Positions 1 to 9,609 of a stretch of DNA of 64,000 bases are shown here, in pieces; position 1 is the stretch's first letter, and each line of letters opens with the position of its first letter. The position numbers and the translations under genes were made by a program. This DNA is from Patescibacteria group bacterium. GTDB taxonomy: Bacteria; Patescibacteriota; Patescibacteriia; JBAZBY01. The notes under the pieces are model-generated. The model had not been told where the DNA came from. It searched no databases and saw nothing but the letters and a program-made list of their open reading frames with translations. The stretch lies in contig JBAZBY010000001.1 of assembly GCA_041671225.1 (NCBI GenBank), positions 897,130 to 961,129 of the forward strand, written 5' to 3'.

Positions 1-1
1 C

Positions 2-1684
2 AGTGACGGCCAAACAATCGATGAAGCTGCGCACCTTTCAAGTGGCGCGAGTTATCTTACCACAGGCAGCTTCAATCTCAATCCAGAACACCCCGCATTC
101 GTCAAGATTCTTGCGGGCTCTTCAGCACTTCTTTCTGGAGCTGATGTCCCCGTACATGACCCCAGCTGGGCCGCGGGAGATCAATGGAATTTTGGAAGGG
201 CTTTCCTTTACCACAATACCGTACCAACTGATACGCTTCTTTTTCTCGGTCGTCTACCCATCATTATCATGAGTCTCCTCCTCACGCTTGGGCTCTTTCT
301 CCTTGCTCGCGTGCTCTTGGGCACCCGCGCATCATATGTGGTTTTGCTGCTTGGAATAGTCGAGCCGACTCTTCTTGCCCACGGTCATTATGTGACAACC
401 GATGTCCCTTTTACGCTCTTCTTCTTTTTAAGTATAACGTATATCTGGTGGACATTCCACACACAAAGTAGCTTTGCCGCGCTGATTGCCGGCGTCATGA
501 TTGGACTTGCGCATATAACAAAATTCTCTGCCGTTCTTCTCTGGCCAATACTCCTCGTTTTGGGGAGTGCGGCACTCCTCCATACACAGGATTGGCGGAA
601 CACTCTGAAGCGTTTTGGTGAAATATTCGGCTTTGGGCTTATTGCTACAGCACTATTCGTCTTTTTTATATATGGGTTTTCCTCACAAAAAATCATTACC
701 GATCCTCTGGTCAATGATTTTTACGACCAACCCGAAACACGCATGACGAACTTTCCTTTTGGTGAACTCATTGGAGGTAAGAGTACACTTGCAACGATTA
801 TTCAATCGTTTGCACACAATGTACCAATACCCGCGTATGACTACTTCCGCGGTCTTGGTAATGTTGCAACGCACAACTACAACGGACACACTGCCTACTT
901 GCTTGGAGAACAGTCAAACGCCGGGTGGTGGTGGTACTTCCCTGTTGCCTTCGCAGTCAAAACGCCGGCCGGCATTATGGTGCTCGCGGGGCTTGGTATG
1001 CTTACGGGTATGATTATGTCCGCGCGCCGCCGTAATGAATTCACGCCAAAGAAATGGGACAGGCGCCTAAGGGAATGGTACCGCTCCCTCCCCCTTGCCG
1101 CGATACTCTTCACTCTTGCCCCACTCCTCTACCTTCTTATTAGTCTTGGCAGTCACATCAATCTTGGTGTCCGGCACATGTTGCCCATTATGCCGTTTAT
1201 ATTGTTGCTGACGGGCGTGCCCTTTCTTATGACAGGAAAACGCTTTCAACGCGCGTATCGAGCAGTGCTTTGGAGTATCGTAGCTCTCACTGTTCTTTCC
1301 ATTGGAATTGCGGCGCCATACTTCACATCATATTTTTCAGAATTCGTCGGGGGTTGGCCACAAGGACCGCGATATCTGCTTGACTCTAACTACGACTGGG
1401 GGCAGGACATCAAGCGTCTCAAAAAGTTTTTGAACGATGCTTCTATGCCAGAACCCATCCGTTTTGCATATTTTGGCAGTGCGGATATACCCGCATATTT
1501 TGAACGTGGATTTGCTGCACTCCCAACTGATACAGAAGTTGCACAGAAAGGCATACCCAAGAATGGGACAGTTGTGATCTCCGCCGGCATTTATCATTCG
1601 CTTGACACTCAATACACGTGGCTCTACAGCCAACCCATTGATACCGTGATCGGTACCTCCCTCTACGTCTTTATCTTTCCGTGA
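2..1684 (+). CDS. GT-C fold (ArnT/PMT-like, GT39/GT83-type) membrane glycosyltransferase, 5'-truncated by the window edge
   Basis: Frame +2 is open from base 2 (SDGQTIDEAAHLSSGASYL...NPEHPAFVKILA), extending the 269..1684 ORF. It has the DE and EHP motifs, many TM segments and an 'LDSNYDWGQD' motif. Confidence 0.85.
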   Translation, partial: SDGQTIDEAAHLSSGASYLTTGSFNLNPEHPAFVKILAGSSALLSGADVPVHDPSWAAGDQWNFGRAFLYHNTVPTDTLLFLGRLPIIIMSLLLTLGLFLLARVLLGTRASYVVLLLGIVEPTLLAHGHYVTTDVPFTLFFFLSITYIWWTFHTQSSFAALIAGVMIGLAHITKFSAVLLWPILLVLGSAALLHTQDWRNTLKRFGEIFGFGLIATALFVFFIYGFSSQKIITDPLVNDFYDQPETRMTNFPFGELIGGKSTLATIIQSFAHNVPIPAYDYFRGLGNVATHNYNGHTAYLLGEQSNAGWWWYFPVAFAVKTPAGIMVLAGLGMLTGMIMSARRRNEFTPKKWDRRLREWYRSLPLAAILFTLAPLLYLLISLGSHINLGVRHMLPIMPFILLLTGVPFLMTGKRFQRAYRAVLWSIVALTVLSIGIAAPYFTSYFSEFVGGWPQGPRYLLDSNYDWGQDIKRLKKFLNDASMPEPIRFAYFGSADIPAYFERGFAALPTDTEVAQKGIPKNGTVVISAGIYHSLDTQYTWLYSQPIDTVIGTSLYVFIFP

Positions 1685-1688
1685 TCAC

Positions 1689-1717
1689 GTGACAAAGACC
1701 GGCAAAGTTGCTATAAT
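1689..1717 (+). promoter_or_regulatory. sigma70-type promoter of the pil operon
   Basis: GTGACA (1689-1694), 17 nt, TATAAT (1712-1717), with an extended -10 TG at 1709-1710. Confidence 0.7.
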
Positions 1718-1746
1718 ATGCACAGTTCCGTTTAAACACTAGGGGG

Positions 1747-3495
1747 TTGCGAGCACAAACTGAAAACACAAAACTCCGGGAAACGCTCCTGAAAGATAAA
1801 ATTCTTTCTGAAGCACAAATCAAGGTACTGGAAAAGAAACTCCAGACAACCGGAAAAACGCTTACAGAGCAAATACTGGAGGATCGGCTTCTCTCCGAGC
1901 AGATCCTTTTTGAGGCTGTCGCAAATAGTTATGGCGTGCCCTTTGTTGACCTTTCAAATGAAACAATACGCCGGGATATTCTTGAACTCGTCCCAGAACC
2001 CATTGTACAGGTACATCAAGTTGTTGCCTTTGAACGCGATGAATCAACCGTAAAGCTCGCGATGCTTGATCCAACGGATTTACAGACACTCGAATTTATC
2101 GAAAAGAAAACAGGGCTCACGCCCGAAGTGCATGTGACCACCCAATCGAGTGTGCAATCAGTGCTGAAACAATATCATAAGGGTCTCAAAGCTGAGCTCA
2201 AAGAAATCTCCGGAGCAAAAAATAAGGATGAAGAGGAGGGAGCTCCAAAAGAAAAGGACCTCAAACAACTTGCCGAGGACCTTCCTGTCGTCCGTATTGT
2301 TGATACATTGCTTGAATATGCCATTCTCGAAGGTGCTTCAGATATTCACATTGAACCACTTGAAAAAGAAACCATCGTTCGTTATCGCATTGATGGCGTG
2401 CTTCGTGAAGTCATGAACCTTCCAAAAAATGTTCACAATGGTGTTATTGCTCGTATTAAAATCCTTTCAAATCTTAAATTAGACGAACATCGTCTTCCGC
2501 AAGATGGGCGTTTTAAAATCACAACAGCGGAACATAAGGTGGCATTCCGCGTTTCTATTCTCCCCATCTATGATGGTGAAAAAATCGTGCTCCGCCTGCT
2601 GGATGAAAGCGCAAAGGTTCTCACGTTAGAGCAGCTTGGTATGCAGCCAAAACCGTTGGAAATACTAAAACGCGCAATTAGTAAACCGCACGGCATTATC
2701 TATGTAACAGGACCGACTGGCTCAGGAAAAACAACGACGCTCTATACTATCGTCAATATTCTCAACACGCCATCGGTGAATATCTCAACGATTGAGGATC
2801 CGGTTGAATATCGTATGCAGCGCGTGAACCAGACGCAGGTAAGTCCAAAAATCGGTCTTACATTTGCCGCTGGCCTTCGCTCACTCCTGCGTCAGGATCC
2901 AAATATTATCATGGTTGGAGAAATCCGCGATAAAGAAACTGCCGAAATTGCTAACCATGCGGCCATGACAGGTCACATCGTACTCACAACACTACATACG
3001 AATGATGCGGTCACCACGCTCCCCCGCCTTGCAAAAATGGGTGTGCCGAACTTCTTAATCGCATCCACAACAAATCTTGTTATGGCACAACGTCTTGTGA
3101 GAAAAATTTGCGTACACTGCGTTGAAAGCTACACGCTGACGAAGAAACAAATTGAGGAACTTGGACAACAGATTAATGTCAGCGAGTTATTGCAAATTCT
3201 GGATCACGAGGGCGCAGTGGACCTGAAGAAACAAAATATGGAAGAACTGCTTTTTTATCGTGGCAAGGGTTGTAAACAATGCAATGATACCGGATACAAA
3301 GGTCGTATTGGTATTTATGAAGTGGTAGAAATGACTGATGAGATTGCTCAACGTATCCTGGATAATGCAAGTACAAGTGAGCTGACAAAGACGGCAATTG
3401 CACAGGGCATGCTGACGATGCTTCAAGATGGATTTATCAAGGCAAAAAGTGGTATCACTTCTATCGAAGAGGTGCTCCGCGTTACACAAGAATAA
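1747..3495 (+). CDS. pilB: Type IV pilus assembly ATPase (PilB/GspE family)
   Basis: ASDIHIEP, RLPQDGR, Walker A GPTGSGKTT, LRQDPNIIMVGEIRD, TLHTND and a tetra-Cys motif. TTG start. Confidence 0.92.
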   Translation: MRAQTENTKLRETLLKDKILSEAQIKVLEKKLQTTGKTLTEQILEDRLLSEQILFEAVANSYGVPFVDLSNETIRRDILELVPEPIVQVHQVVAFERDESTVKLAMLDPTDLQTLEFIEKKTGLTPEVHVTTQSSVQSVLKQYHKGLKAELKEISGAKNKDEEEGAPKEKDLKQLAEDLPVVRIVDTLLEYAILEGASDIHIEPLEKETIVRYRIDGVLREVMNLPKNVHNGVIARIKILSNLKLDEHRLPQDGRFKITTAEHKVAFRVSILPIYDGEKIVLRLLDESAKVLTLEQLGMQPKPLEILKRAISKPHGIIYVTGPTGSGKTTTLYTIVNILNTPSVNISTIEDPVEYRMQRVNQTQVSPKIGLTFAAGLRSLLRQDPNIIMVGEIRDKETAEIANHAAMTGHIVLTTLHTNDAVTTLPRLAKMGVPNFLIASTTNLVMAQRLVRKICVHCVESYTLTKKQIEELGQQINVSELLQILDHEGAVDLKKQNMEELLFYRGKGCKQCNDTGYKGRIGIYEVVEMTDEIAQRILDNASTSELTKTAIAQGMLTMLQDGFIKAKSGITSIEEVLRVTQE

Positions 3496-3497
3496 GT

Positions 3498-4718
3498 ATG
3501 CCCATATATCACTACAGCGCTAAAAATGAGGATGGTGAGGTCGAAAAGGGACAGGTAAAACTGCCAAATGAAGAAGCACTGCGCACTCATCTCATCGGTA
3601 AGAATCTCGCACTCGTATCTGTTGAAAGTATAGAGGAAGAAAAAAAGAAAAGTGGTTTTGATGCGTGGCTCACAAAACATACGACGCGTATTTCTGTTGT
3701 ACAAAAAATCTTTTTTACGCAAAACCTTGAAGTCATGCTGCGCACTGGTTTTTCACTTAGTGAAGCCCTGAAGACACTTGCGCTGCAGGTGAGTAACAAA
3801 ACATTTAAGAAAATTATCGGCGAGTTGCAAAGTGATGTCGAAAAAGGACAAACACTTGCTGATGCAATGCGAAAACATCAAAATATCTTCTCTGAATTAT
3901 TTATCAATATGATTGCTGTTGGCGAGGCGAGCGGAAAACTTGATGAAGTTTTGAAACGTCTTACGTTACAGCTCAAGAAAGACCATGCACTCATTACAAA
4001 AGTAAAAGGCGCACTGACATACCCTATTATTGTTATCGTTGCCATGATTGGTATTGGTATTGGCATGATCGTCTTTGTATTGCCACAAATCACATCACTT
4101 TTTGAGGGTAAAGCTGACCTGCCGTTGCCGACAAAAATACTGCTCGGGCTTTCTGATTTCACGCGTGAGAATGGTATCCTTCTTGGTATTGGCGTGGTCA
4201 TTCTCATCGGCCTCTTCATTATGGGTCTTCGTACGCCTTCTGGGCACGCACTCTGGGATCGTCTTGTGTTGCGATTACCTGTTGCTGGAAACATCATTAA
4301 AAAAGTGAACATCGCAAAATTCACTCGTACTTTTTCATCACTCCTTGAGACCGATATTCCTATTGTACAAGTCATGGAAATCATTTCCCGCACCCTGAGT
4401 AATAGTCAGTACCAGAATGCGCTTCTTGCTGCGGCTGAACGCCTAAAAAAAGGAGAGCGCCTTACGGACAGTCTGAGTGGATATGATAGGCTCTTCCCTC
4501 CATTAGTAACGCAAATGTTCTCTGTTGGTGAACAAAGTGGAACGCTCAACGATGTATCGAGTGAAATTGCGACATTCTATGAGGAGGAAGTTGACAACAC
4601 AATGGCAAACCTCTCCACGATTATTGAACCGGTTCTAATGCTCTTCTTGGGTGTTGGTGTAGCTGCTCTTGCAATTGCGGTCATAATGCCAATTTACTCA
4701 CTTTCAGATACAATCTAA
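3498..4718 (+). CDS. pilC: Type IV pilus platform protein (PilC/GspF family)
   Basis: Two T2SSF repeats (VGEASGKLD, VGEQSGTL), ALTYP and IIEP motifs, 3 TM segments; directly follows pilB. Confidence 0.92.
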   Translation: MPIYHYSAKNEDGEVEKGQVKLPNEEALRTHLIGKNLALVSVESIEEEKKKSGFDAWLTKHTTRISVVQKIFFTQNLEVMLRTGFSLSEALKTLALQVSNKTFKKIIGELQSDVEKGQTLADAMRKHQNIFSELFINMIAVGEASGKLDEVLKRLTLQLKKDHALITKVKGALTYPIIVIVAMIGIGIGMIVFVLPQITSLFEGKADLPLPTKILLGLSDFTRENGILLGIGVVILIGLFIMGLRTPSGHALWDRLVLRLPVAGNIIKKVNIAKFTRTFSSLLETDIPIVQVMEIISRTLSNSQYQNALLAAAERLKKGERLTDSLSGYDRLFPPLVTQMFSVGEQSGTLNDVSSEIATFYEEEVDNTMANLSTIIEPVLMLFLGVGVAALAIAVIMPIYSLSDTI

Positions 4719-4721
4719 AGC

Positions 4722-5825
4722 ATGGCAAAACAATCAGGCATCCCTCGCCGACCACTGCTGCAAATAAATCCCTTCCGCAACGCAATTGGAATTGATATTT
4801 CTGATCTTGTTGTCCGTGCAGTGCAAATCACCGGAAGACCCGGCAATCTGAAACTCCACGCCTTAAGCGAGCGCCACTTCTCTCCTGGATGGATGCAGAA
4901 TGGTGAAATCCAAAATGACAAGAAAATTACCGCAGTACTGCACGATTTACTTTCAAAACCATGGATGGGTCGTTTTAGTGGATCATATGTCACCCTTTCT
5001 CTTCCCGAGCGACAAACGTTTCTTAAGCTCATCGATATCCCAAAAACCCGCGAAGGTGACCCAACAGAAGTGGTACGATTTGAAGCAACCAATCATATCC
5101 CAATGAATCTCAATGATGTGTATTTAGATTGGGAGTATGTTCCGGGAACAAAGGCCGAGGGTAAGGATAAACAACGCGTGCTTGTTGCTGCGGCTCCCCG
5201 CATACTTGTCGACAGTTACCTCAAATTATTTGAAGGCATAAAATTCAAGCCAATTGCATGCGAGCTTGAATCCATCGCTTTGTACCGTGCACTTGCACCG
5301 GCCCTGTATGAAAAAGGAACGAGTCTTGTGATCGACTTCGGTGGCTCAGAAACACTCTTCATGCTCGCAAATGCAAAAACAGTGCTTTTCACTTCTACCA
5401 TTTCAAATGGCGGCGATGCGCTCACCGCAGCTATTGAGAAGAAGTTGGGGGTTTCACACACAGAGGCAGAAAAGGCAAAGGTACTCTATGGCCTTGAAGC
5501 AAAGCATGGCAAAGGAAAAATTCGTTCAATTCTGCTGCCTCTTTTCAAGCCATACCAAGAAAAACTCAAAGAAATTCTTAACTTTTATGTGGACCACTTC
5601 CCGACGCAGGATTCACTTGAGCGTGTCGTCCTTGCTGGTGCTGGCAGTCGCTTAAAGGGCTTACCTGCGTATATTGAAAACATACTCAATCTTCCAGTCG
5701 ACATTGCAAACCCGCGCGGTTTTCTTGGCACACAGCGCCACGACCCGTTTGAAAAGCATGATGCAACGCCTTACGCGCCAGCAATAGGACTTGCGCTTCG
5801 CGAACACCTCCATGATAACACTTAA
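4722..5825 (+). CDS. pilM: Type IV pilus assembly protein PilM (actin-like)
   Basis: IGIDIS, VIDFGG, LAGAGSRLKGL and C-terminal AIGLALR motifs. Confidence 0.88.
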   Translation: MAKQSGIPRRPLLQINPFRNAIGIDISDLVVRAVQITGRPGNLKLHALSERHFSPGWMQNGEIQNDKKITAVLHDLLSKPWMGRFSGSYVTLSLPERQTFLKLIDIPKTREGDPTEVVRFEATNHIPMNLNDVYLDWEYVPGTKAEGKDKQRVLVAAAPRILVDSYLKLFEGIKFKPIACELESIALYRALAPALYEKGTSLVIDFGGSETLFMLANAKTVLFTSTISNGGDALTAAIEKKLGVSHTEAEKAKVLYGLEAKHGKGKIRSILLPLFKPYQEKLKEILNFYVDHFPTQDSLERVVLAGAGSRLKGLPAYIENILNLPVDIANPRGFLGTQRHDPFEKHDATPYAPAIGLALREHLHDNT

Positions 5826-6378
5826 CCTTATCTCAAAAGAAAAACGCTCCTGGCTTGCAGAAATCAGGCGTTTTGCTTATGCCAAGGTGATCGCGAGCAT
5901 TGGCATCGCTGTTATTATTCTCGCTTCTGGGTATCTGTTTGCGATTCAAGCAATCCTGAATGACCGTCTTAGCGTCGTGCGTGATGAAATCACTGTCGTG
6001 GAGGCACAACTACCAAAACGAGGAGACTCCACACTTGATGATAGTATTCGAGCACTCAATGCGCAGACGCAGCATCTCGCAGATCTTTACAACAAGAACA
6101 TCAGTTATTCTGTGTTAATGAATGAAATAGGTCAAAGCGTAACTCCCGGCATCGTGCTCGAAAAAATTTCGCTCAATACGCTCACTTCCTCACTCGTTCT
6201 TACAGGAACGGCAAAAACACGCGACAATCTCCTGGCATTTCAGGATGCTCTCACGGCACTCCCCTATATCGATGAAATGAATACGCCACTTTCAACCTTC
6301 ACGCAACGCGAAAATATTCCGTTTGACTACAACATTTCACTTAACCTTGAAGCGATCATCGCAGCGCAACAATCATGA
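5812..6378 (+). CDS. pilN: PilN-like protein
   Basis: N-terminal 'ITLNL' (INL-type PilM-binding motif), one TM, a coiled coil and 'LTGTAKTRDNLLAF'. ATG 5812 overlaps the pilM end. Confidence 0.75.
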   Translation: MITLNLISKEKRSWLAEIRRFAYAKVIASIGIAVIILASGYLFAIQAILNDRLSVVRDEITVVEAQLPKRGDSTLDDSIRALNAQTQHLADLYNKNISYSVLMNEIGQSVTPGIVLEKISLNTLTSSLVLTGTAKTRDNLLAFQDALTALPYIDEMNTPLSTFTQRENIPFDYNISLNLEAIIAAQQS

Positions 6379-6899
6379 AACGGTTTTTGAGTAAAACGGG
6401 CATCTTATACTTTAGTGCAACGATTGCAGTAATTGCGGGCTGGCTTCTTGTTATCACGCCGCTCCAAGGAAGTTTCACCGATATTCAGGCAACAATATCA
6501 AATGAAGAAACGCGCCGGATTGCGCTGGAGGCGCGTATCGTCGACCCGCAACAAAAAGAACGTGAACTTCTTGCGGTCACTGAAAAATTGACAACGCTGG
6601 ATCCTTTCTACTTTACAGACGAAAAGGCCTTGGAACTCTTTACGGAATTCGAGCGATTTGCAAATCTTGCGGATATAGACATGACCTTCTCACTCGCAGC
6701 AGAAACAGGAGCGGATGCGGAAAGTATTGGCATACGCTTTAATATCACAGGAGCGTTTGCCAGCACGATGGCATTTGTGCAATCACTTGAACGAATGCCG
6801 ATGGTCATGGTCATGGATAGCATCGAATTCATGACCCAGGGAAATACCACAACGACAACAATAGCGGCTCGCGTTTTTACGCCAGCACAAGCACTATGA
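6375..6899 (+). CDS. PilO-like protein
   Basis: N-terminal TM, coiled coil and 'ITGAFASTMAFVQSLERMP'; follows pilN with an ATGA overlap. Confidence 0.65.
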   Translation: MKRFLSKTGILYFSATIAVIAGWLLVITPLQGSFTDIQATISNEETRRIALEARIVDPQQKERELLAVTEKLTTLDPFYFTDEKALELFTEFERFANLADIDMTFSLAAETGADAESIGIRFNITGAFASTMAFVQSLERMPMVMVMDSIEFMTQGNTTTTTIAARVFTPAQAL

Positions 6900-7156
6900 T
6901 ACAAAAACCTTCACTGCTGAAACATATTCGTCGGCATGGCATTCTGCTGACCATTCTTTTAAGTCTTCTCTTTCTTGGCACAATTGTGCTGAGCGGTCTC
7001 TCTTCGCTCAATATTGCAGAAACGACACTCATGCCGACGGCGCGACAAATAACCGTGGACGAGAATCGCTATAATGAAGTGATGCAAAACGAGGAAAGCC
7101 GCGAGATACATCTGCCTGTTCCTGTCAGTAATCCTTTTGCCGCAAATGAGAGTTGA
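6896..7156 (+). CDS. Small single-TM protein at the PilP position
   Basis: ATGA overlap with the pilO-like gene, one TM and a C-terminal 'SNPF'. Confidence 0.6.
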   Translation: MIQKPSLLKHIRRHGILLTILLSLLFLGTIVLSGLSSLNIAETTLMPTARQITVDENRYNEVMQNEESREIHLPVPVSNPFAANES

Positions 7157-7181
7157 CAGATCATAAGGATTCACGTAGCAT
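7153..7181 (+). promoter_or_regulatory. sigma70-type promoter of rpmA
   Basis: TTGACA (7153-7158), 17 nt, TAGCAT (7176-7181). Confidence 0.65.
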
Positions 7182-7206
7182 CATCGTTACATTCATTGAT
7201 TAATTT

Positions 7207-7479
7207 ATGGCACATACCAAAGCAGGGGGCTCAACCTCACTCGGCCGAGACTCCCAGGCAAAACGCCTCGGCGTAAAACGTTCTGAGGGCGCAACCGTAC
7301 GGGAAGGTTCCATCATTATCCGGCAACGAGGGACAAAGTACATCCCCGGAAAAAACGTTCGCAAAGGGGAAGATGATACCCTTTATGCCGTTCAGAAGGG
7401 CACGGTACACTTCCTCCAACGCGCAAAAAAGAACTTTACCGGAAAGCTCAAAAAGCGCACCATCGTTACGGTGGTCTAA
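7207..7479 (+). CDS. rpmA: 50S ribosomal protein L27
   Basis: MAHTKAGGS...[12 protein letters not shown]...IIIRQRGT...DDTLYA. Confidence 0.98.
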   Translation: MAHTKAGGSTSLGRDSQAKRLGVKRSEGATVREGSIIIRQRGTKYIPGKNVRKGEDDTLYAVQKGTVHFLQRAKKNFTGKLKKRTIVTVV

Positions 7480-7510
7480 CAAAAAGCCCCGCAGGTCGGG
7501 GTTTTTTGTT
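7478..7510. terminator. Bidirectional intrinsic terminator between convergent rpmA and pyrG
   Basis: AACAAAAAGCCCCG-CAGGT-CGGGGTTTTTTGTT hairpin with A and T tracts on either side. Confidence 0.8.
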
Positions 7511-7513
7511 TGG

Positions 7514-9160
7514 CTATTTCTTTTTTCCACCCACTGCCGCTCGCATGAACGCAACAAAAAGTGGATGTGGGGTGAGTGGGCGTGATTGCAATTCCGGATG
7601 AAACTGCGTCCCAACAAAGAAAGGATGTGTTTCTTTGGGTAGCTCAATAATCTCTATGAGGCCATTATCTGGGCATACTCCTGAAAAAATGAGACCTGCT
7701 TTTTCTAATCGATCCTTATAGGCATTGTTAAATTCATAACGATGCCGGTGTCGCTCAGAAACCATTGTTTTTTTGTATGCATCATGCACAAGTGAACCGC
7801 GCTTCAAACGCGCACGATACGCTCCGAGACGCATGGAGTTGCCCATGTTCTTTGCTGCAAGATTTGCTGCCTGCTTATCATTGATATGAATGATGGGGTC
7901 CTTTGTATTTGGATCAATTTCGACCGTCTGTGCATCGGGAATGTTTGCAACACTGCGGGCAAACTCGATTGTTGCAAGCTGCATGCCATAACAGAGGCCA
8001 AGATATGGGATCTTCTTCTCGCGTGCATACTTCACGGCTCTGATAACGCCGCTAATCCCCCGCGTACCAAAACCACCAGGCACGATAATGCCTTTCATTC
8101 CTTTTAAAATTGAAAGGTCGGCTTTTGGCTTTTCAAAATCCTCAGAATCAATCCAATGAAGTTCCGGCTTCACGCCTACTGCCACTCCCGCATGTTTTAT
8201 AGCTTCAATGACAGAAATATACACGTCCGAAAGAACATAATCACCAGATGAAAAATATTTTCCAACCACGGCAATCGGCACAACCTGACGCGCTCGCTTC
8301 ATCCGTGCCACCATGGCACTCCAATCCTTCAAGTCCTTTTTATTTGCTTTGATATGAAACTTCCCAAGAATCTTATTACCGAGATTCTGCCTTTCAAAAT
8401 TAATGGGAACGTTATAAATACTTTCTGCATCCGGTGCAGAAATAACATTTTCAACAGAAATATTGCAGAAACGAGCTATCTTATCGCGCCGTTTTTGGTC
8501 AACAGGATCTTCTGACCGACATACGACGAAATCTGCCTGCAACCCAGCACTATTAAGGGTACGGGAGGCATGTTGTGTCGGTTTTGTTTTCATCTCGCCG
8601 ATCATCTTTGGAATGGGAAGATAGCTGACAAGCACAAAAAGGACACCATCAGGATCCGCAAGCTTCATCATGCGGGCAGCTTCCAGAAAAATAAGATTCT
8701 CGTATTCTCCGACCGTTCCGCCAATCTCAATGACCACAAAATCCGATTTATGCTGCTGTGCTGATTTCTTGATACGACGGATAACTTCATTGGGGATATC
8801 TGGAACCACTTGGACATTATCGCCGTGATAGCCAAGATTACGCTCACGCGCTATGACCGTTTCATAAATACGCCCAGTGGTCATGTAATCAACGCGGTTA
8901 AGGCTTATATCCAAAAACCGCTCATAGTTACCAATATCCTGGTCGGTCTCATCACCGTCTTGCGTAACAAAGACCTCGCCATGCACCGTAGGATTCATTG
9001 TCCCTGCATCCACATTCACGTATGGATCAATCTTGATCGCAGAAACCGTAAACCCTTTGCTCTGGAGTATCCTACCAATAGAAGCGGTCGTCACGCCCTT
9101 GCCAACGCCGGACATCACACCGCCGATAACGAAAATGAATTTTGTCTTTGCTTGCTTCAC
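7514..9160 (-). CDS. pyrG: CTP synthase
   Basis: GGVMSGVGKG, KIDPYVNVDAGTMNP, KTKPTQH, GLCYGMQ, ERHRHRYE and QFHPE motifs. Confidence 0.98.
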   Translation of the reverse strand: MKQAKTKFIFVIGGVMSGVGKGVTTASIGRILQSKGFTVSAIKIDPYVNVDAGTMNPTVHGEVFVTQDGDETDQDIGNYERFLDISLNRVDYMTTGRIYETVIARERNLGYHGDNVQVVPDIPNEVIRRIKKSAQQHKSDFVVIEIGGTVGEYENLIFLEAARMMKLADPDGVLFVLVSYLPIPKMIGEMKTKPTQHASRTLNSAGLQADFVVCRSEDPVDQKRRDKIARFCNISVENVISAPDAESIYNVPINFERQNLGNKILGKFHIKANKKDLKDWSAMVARMKRARQVVPIAVVGKYFSSGDYVLSDVYISVIEAIKHAGVAVGVKPELHWIDSEDFEKPKADLSILKGMKGIIVPGGFGTRGISGVIRAVKYAREKKIPYLGLCYGMQLATIEFARSVANIPDAQTVEIDPNTKDPIIHINDKQAANLAAKNMGNSMRLGAYRARLKRGSLVHDAYKKTMVSERHRHRYEFNNAYKDRLEKAGLIFSGVCPDNGLIEIIELPKETHPFFVGTQFHPELQSRPLTPHPLFVAFMRAAVGGKKK

Positions 9161-9609
9161 GTGTGTTGAATAATGAGTGAGAGTGTCAATATCTTTTCTC
9201 CGACAGTCATCTGCGCCGCATGCTCACCGAGCTTCTTTATTGGCTCACTTGTTTTAATGGTGGTATCTGGAACGACAATGTGAAATTGTTTTTTTATTGC
9301 TGCAGCGATATCTGCGGGCTTGACCGCGGCGTACAATGTTCCTTCAGGGTCGGCATTTGCAAGAATACTCACGGTCACATTGGTGAGTGTGTCGATGATC
9401 TTTTTTCCCCGTTCCCCTTGTTTCGCCACTTCCTTCTCACGTTGACGTGAATGTTGTGCATACTGTGCGCGGAGATCAGCGGTCGCAATACTTCCCAATT
9501 TTTTTGGGATCAACACGTTGCGTGCATATGCGGCAGTAATATTCTTTACCTCTCCGGCTTTTGCAACGCCCTCAACTGTCTTATGGAAGTAAATCGGGAG
9601 CGTGTTCAT
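9157..9609 (-). CDS. rplI: 50S ribosomal protein L9 (divergent N-terminus)
   Basis: KAGEVK..YARNVLIPK, GTLYAAV and PIKKLGEH; 150 aa. Confidence 0.85.
   Translation of the reverse strand: MNTLPIYFHKTVEGVAKAGEVKNITAAYARNVLIPKKLGSIATADLRAQYAQHSRQREKEVAKQGERGKKIIDTLTNVTVSILANADPEGTLYAAVKPADIAAAIKKQFHIVVPDTTIKTSEPIKKLGEHAAQMTVGEKILTLSLIIQHT

Noticed and set aside
3-272. 89-aa ORF, or an apparent frameshift before the GT-C gene
   Set aside because: Frame +2 is open from base 2 and continuous with 269..1684, with family motifs; the frame +3 ORF is a shadow.
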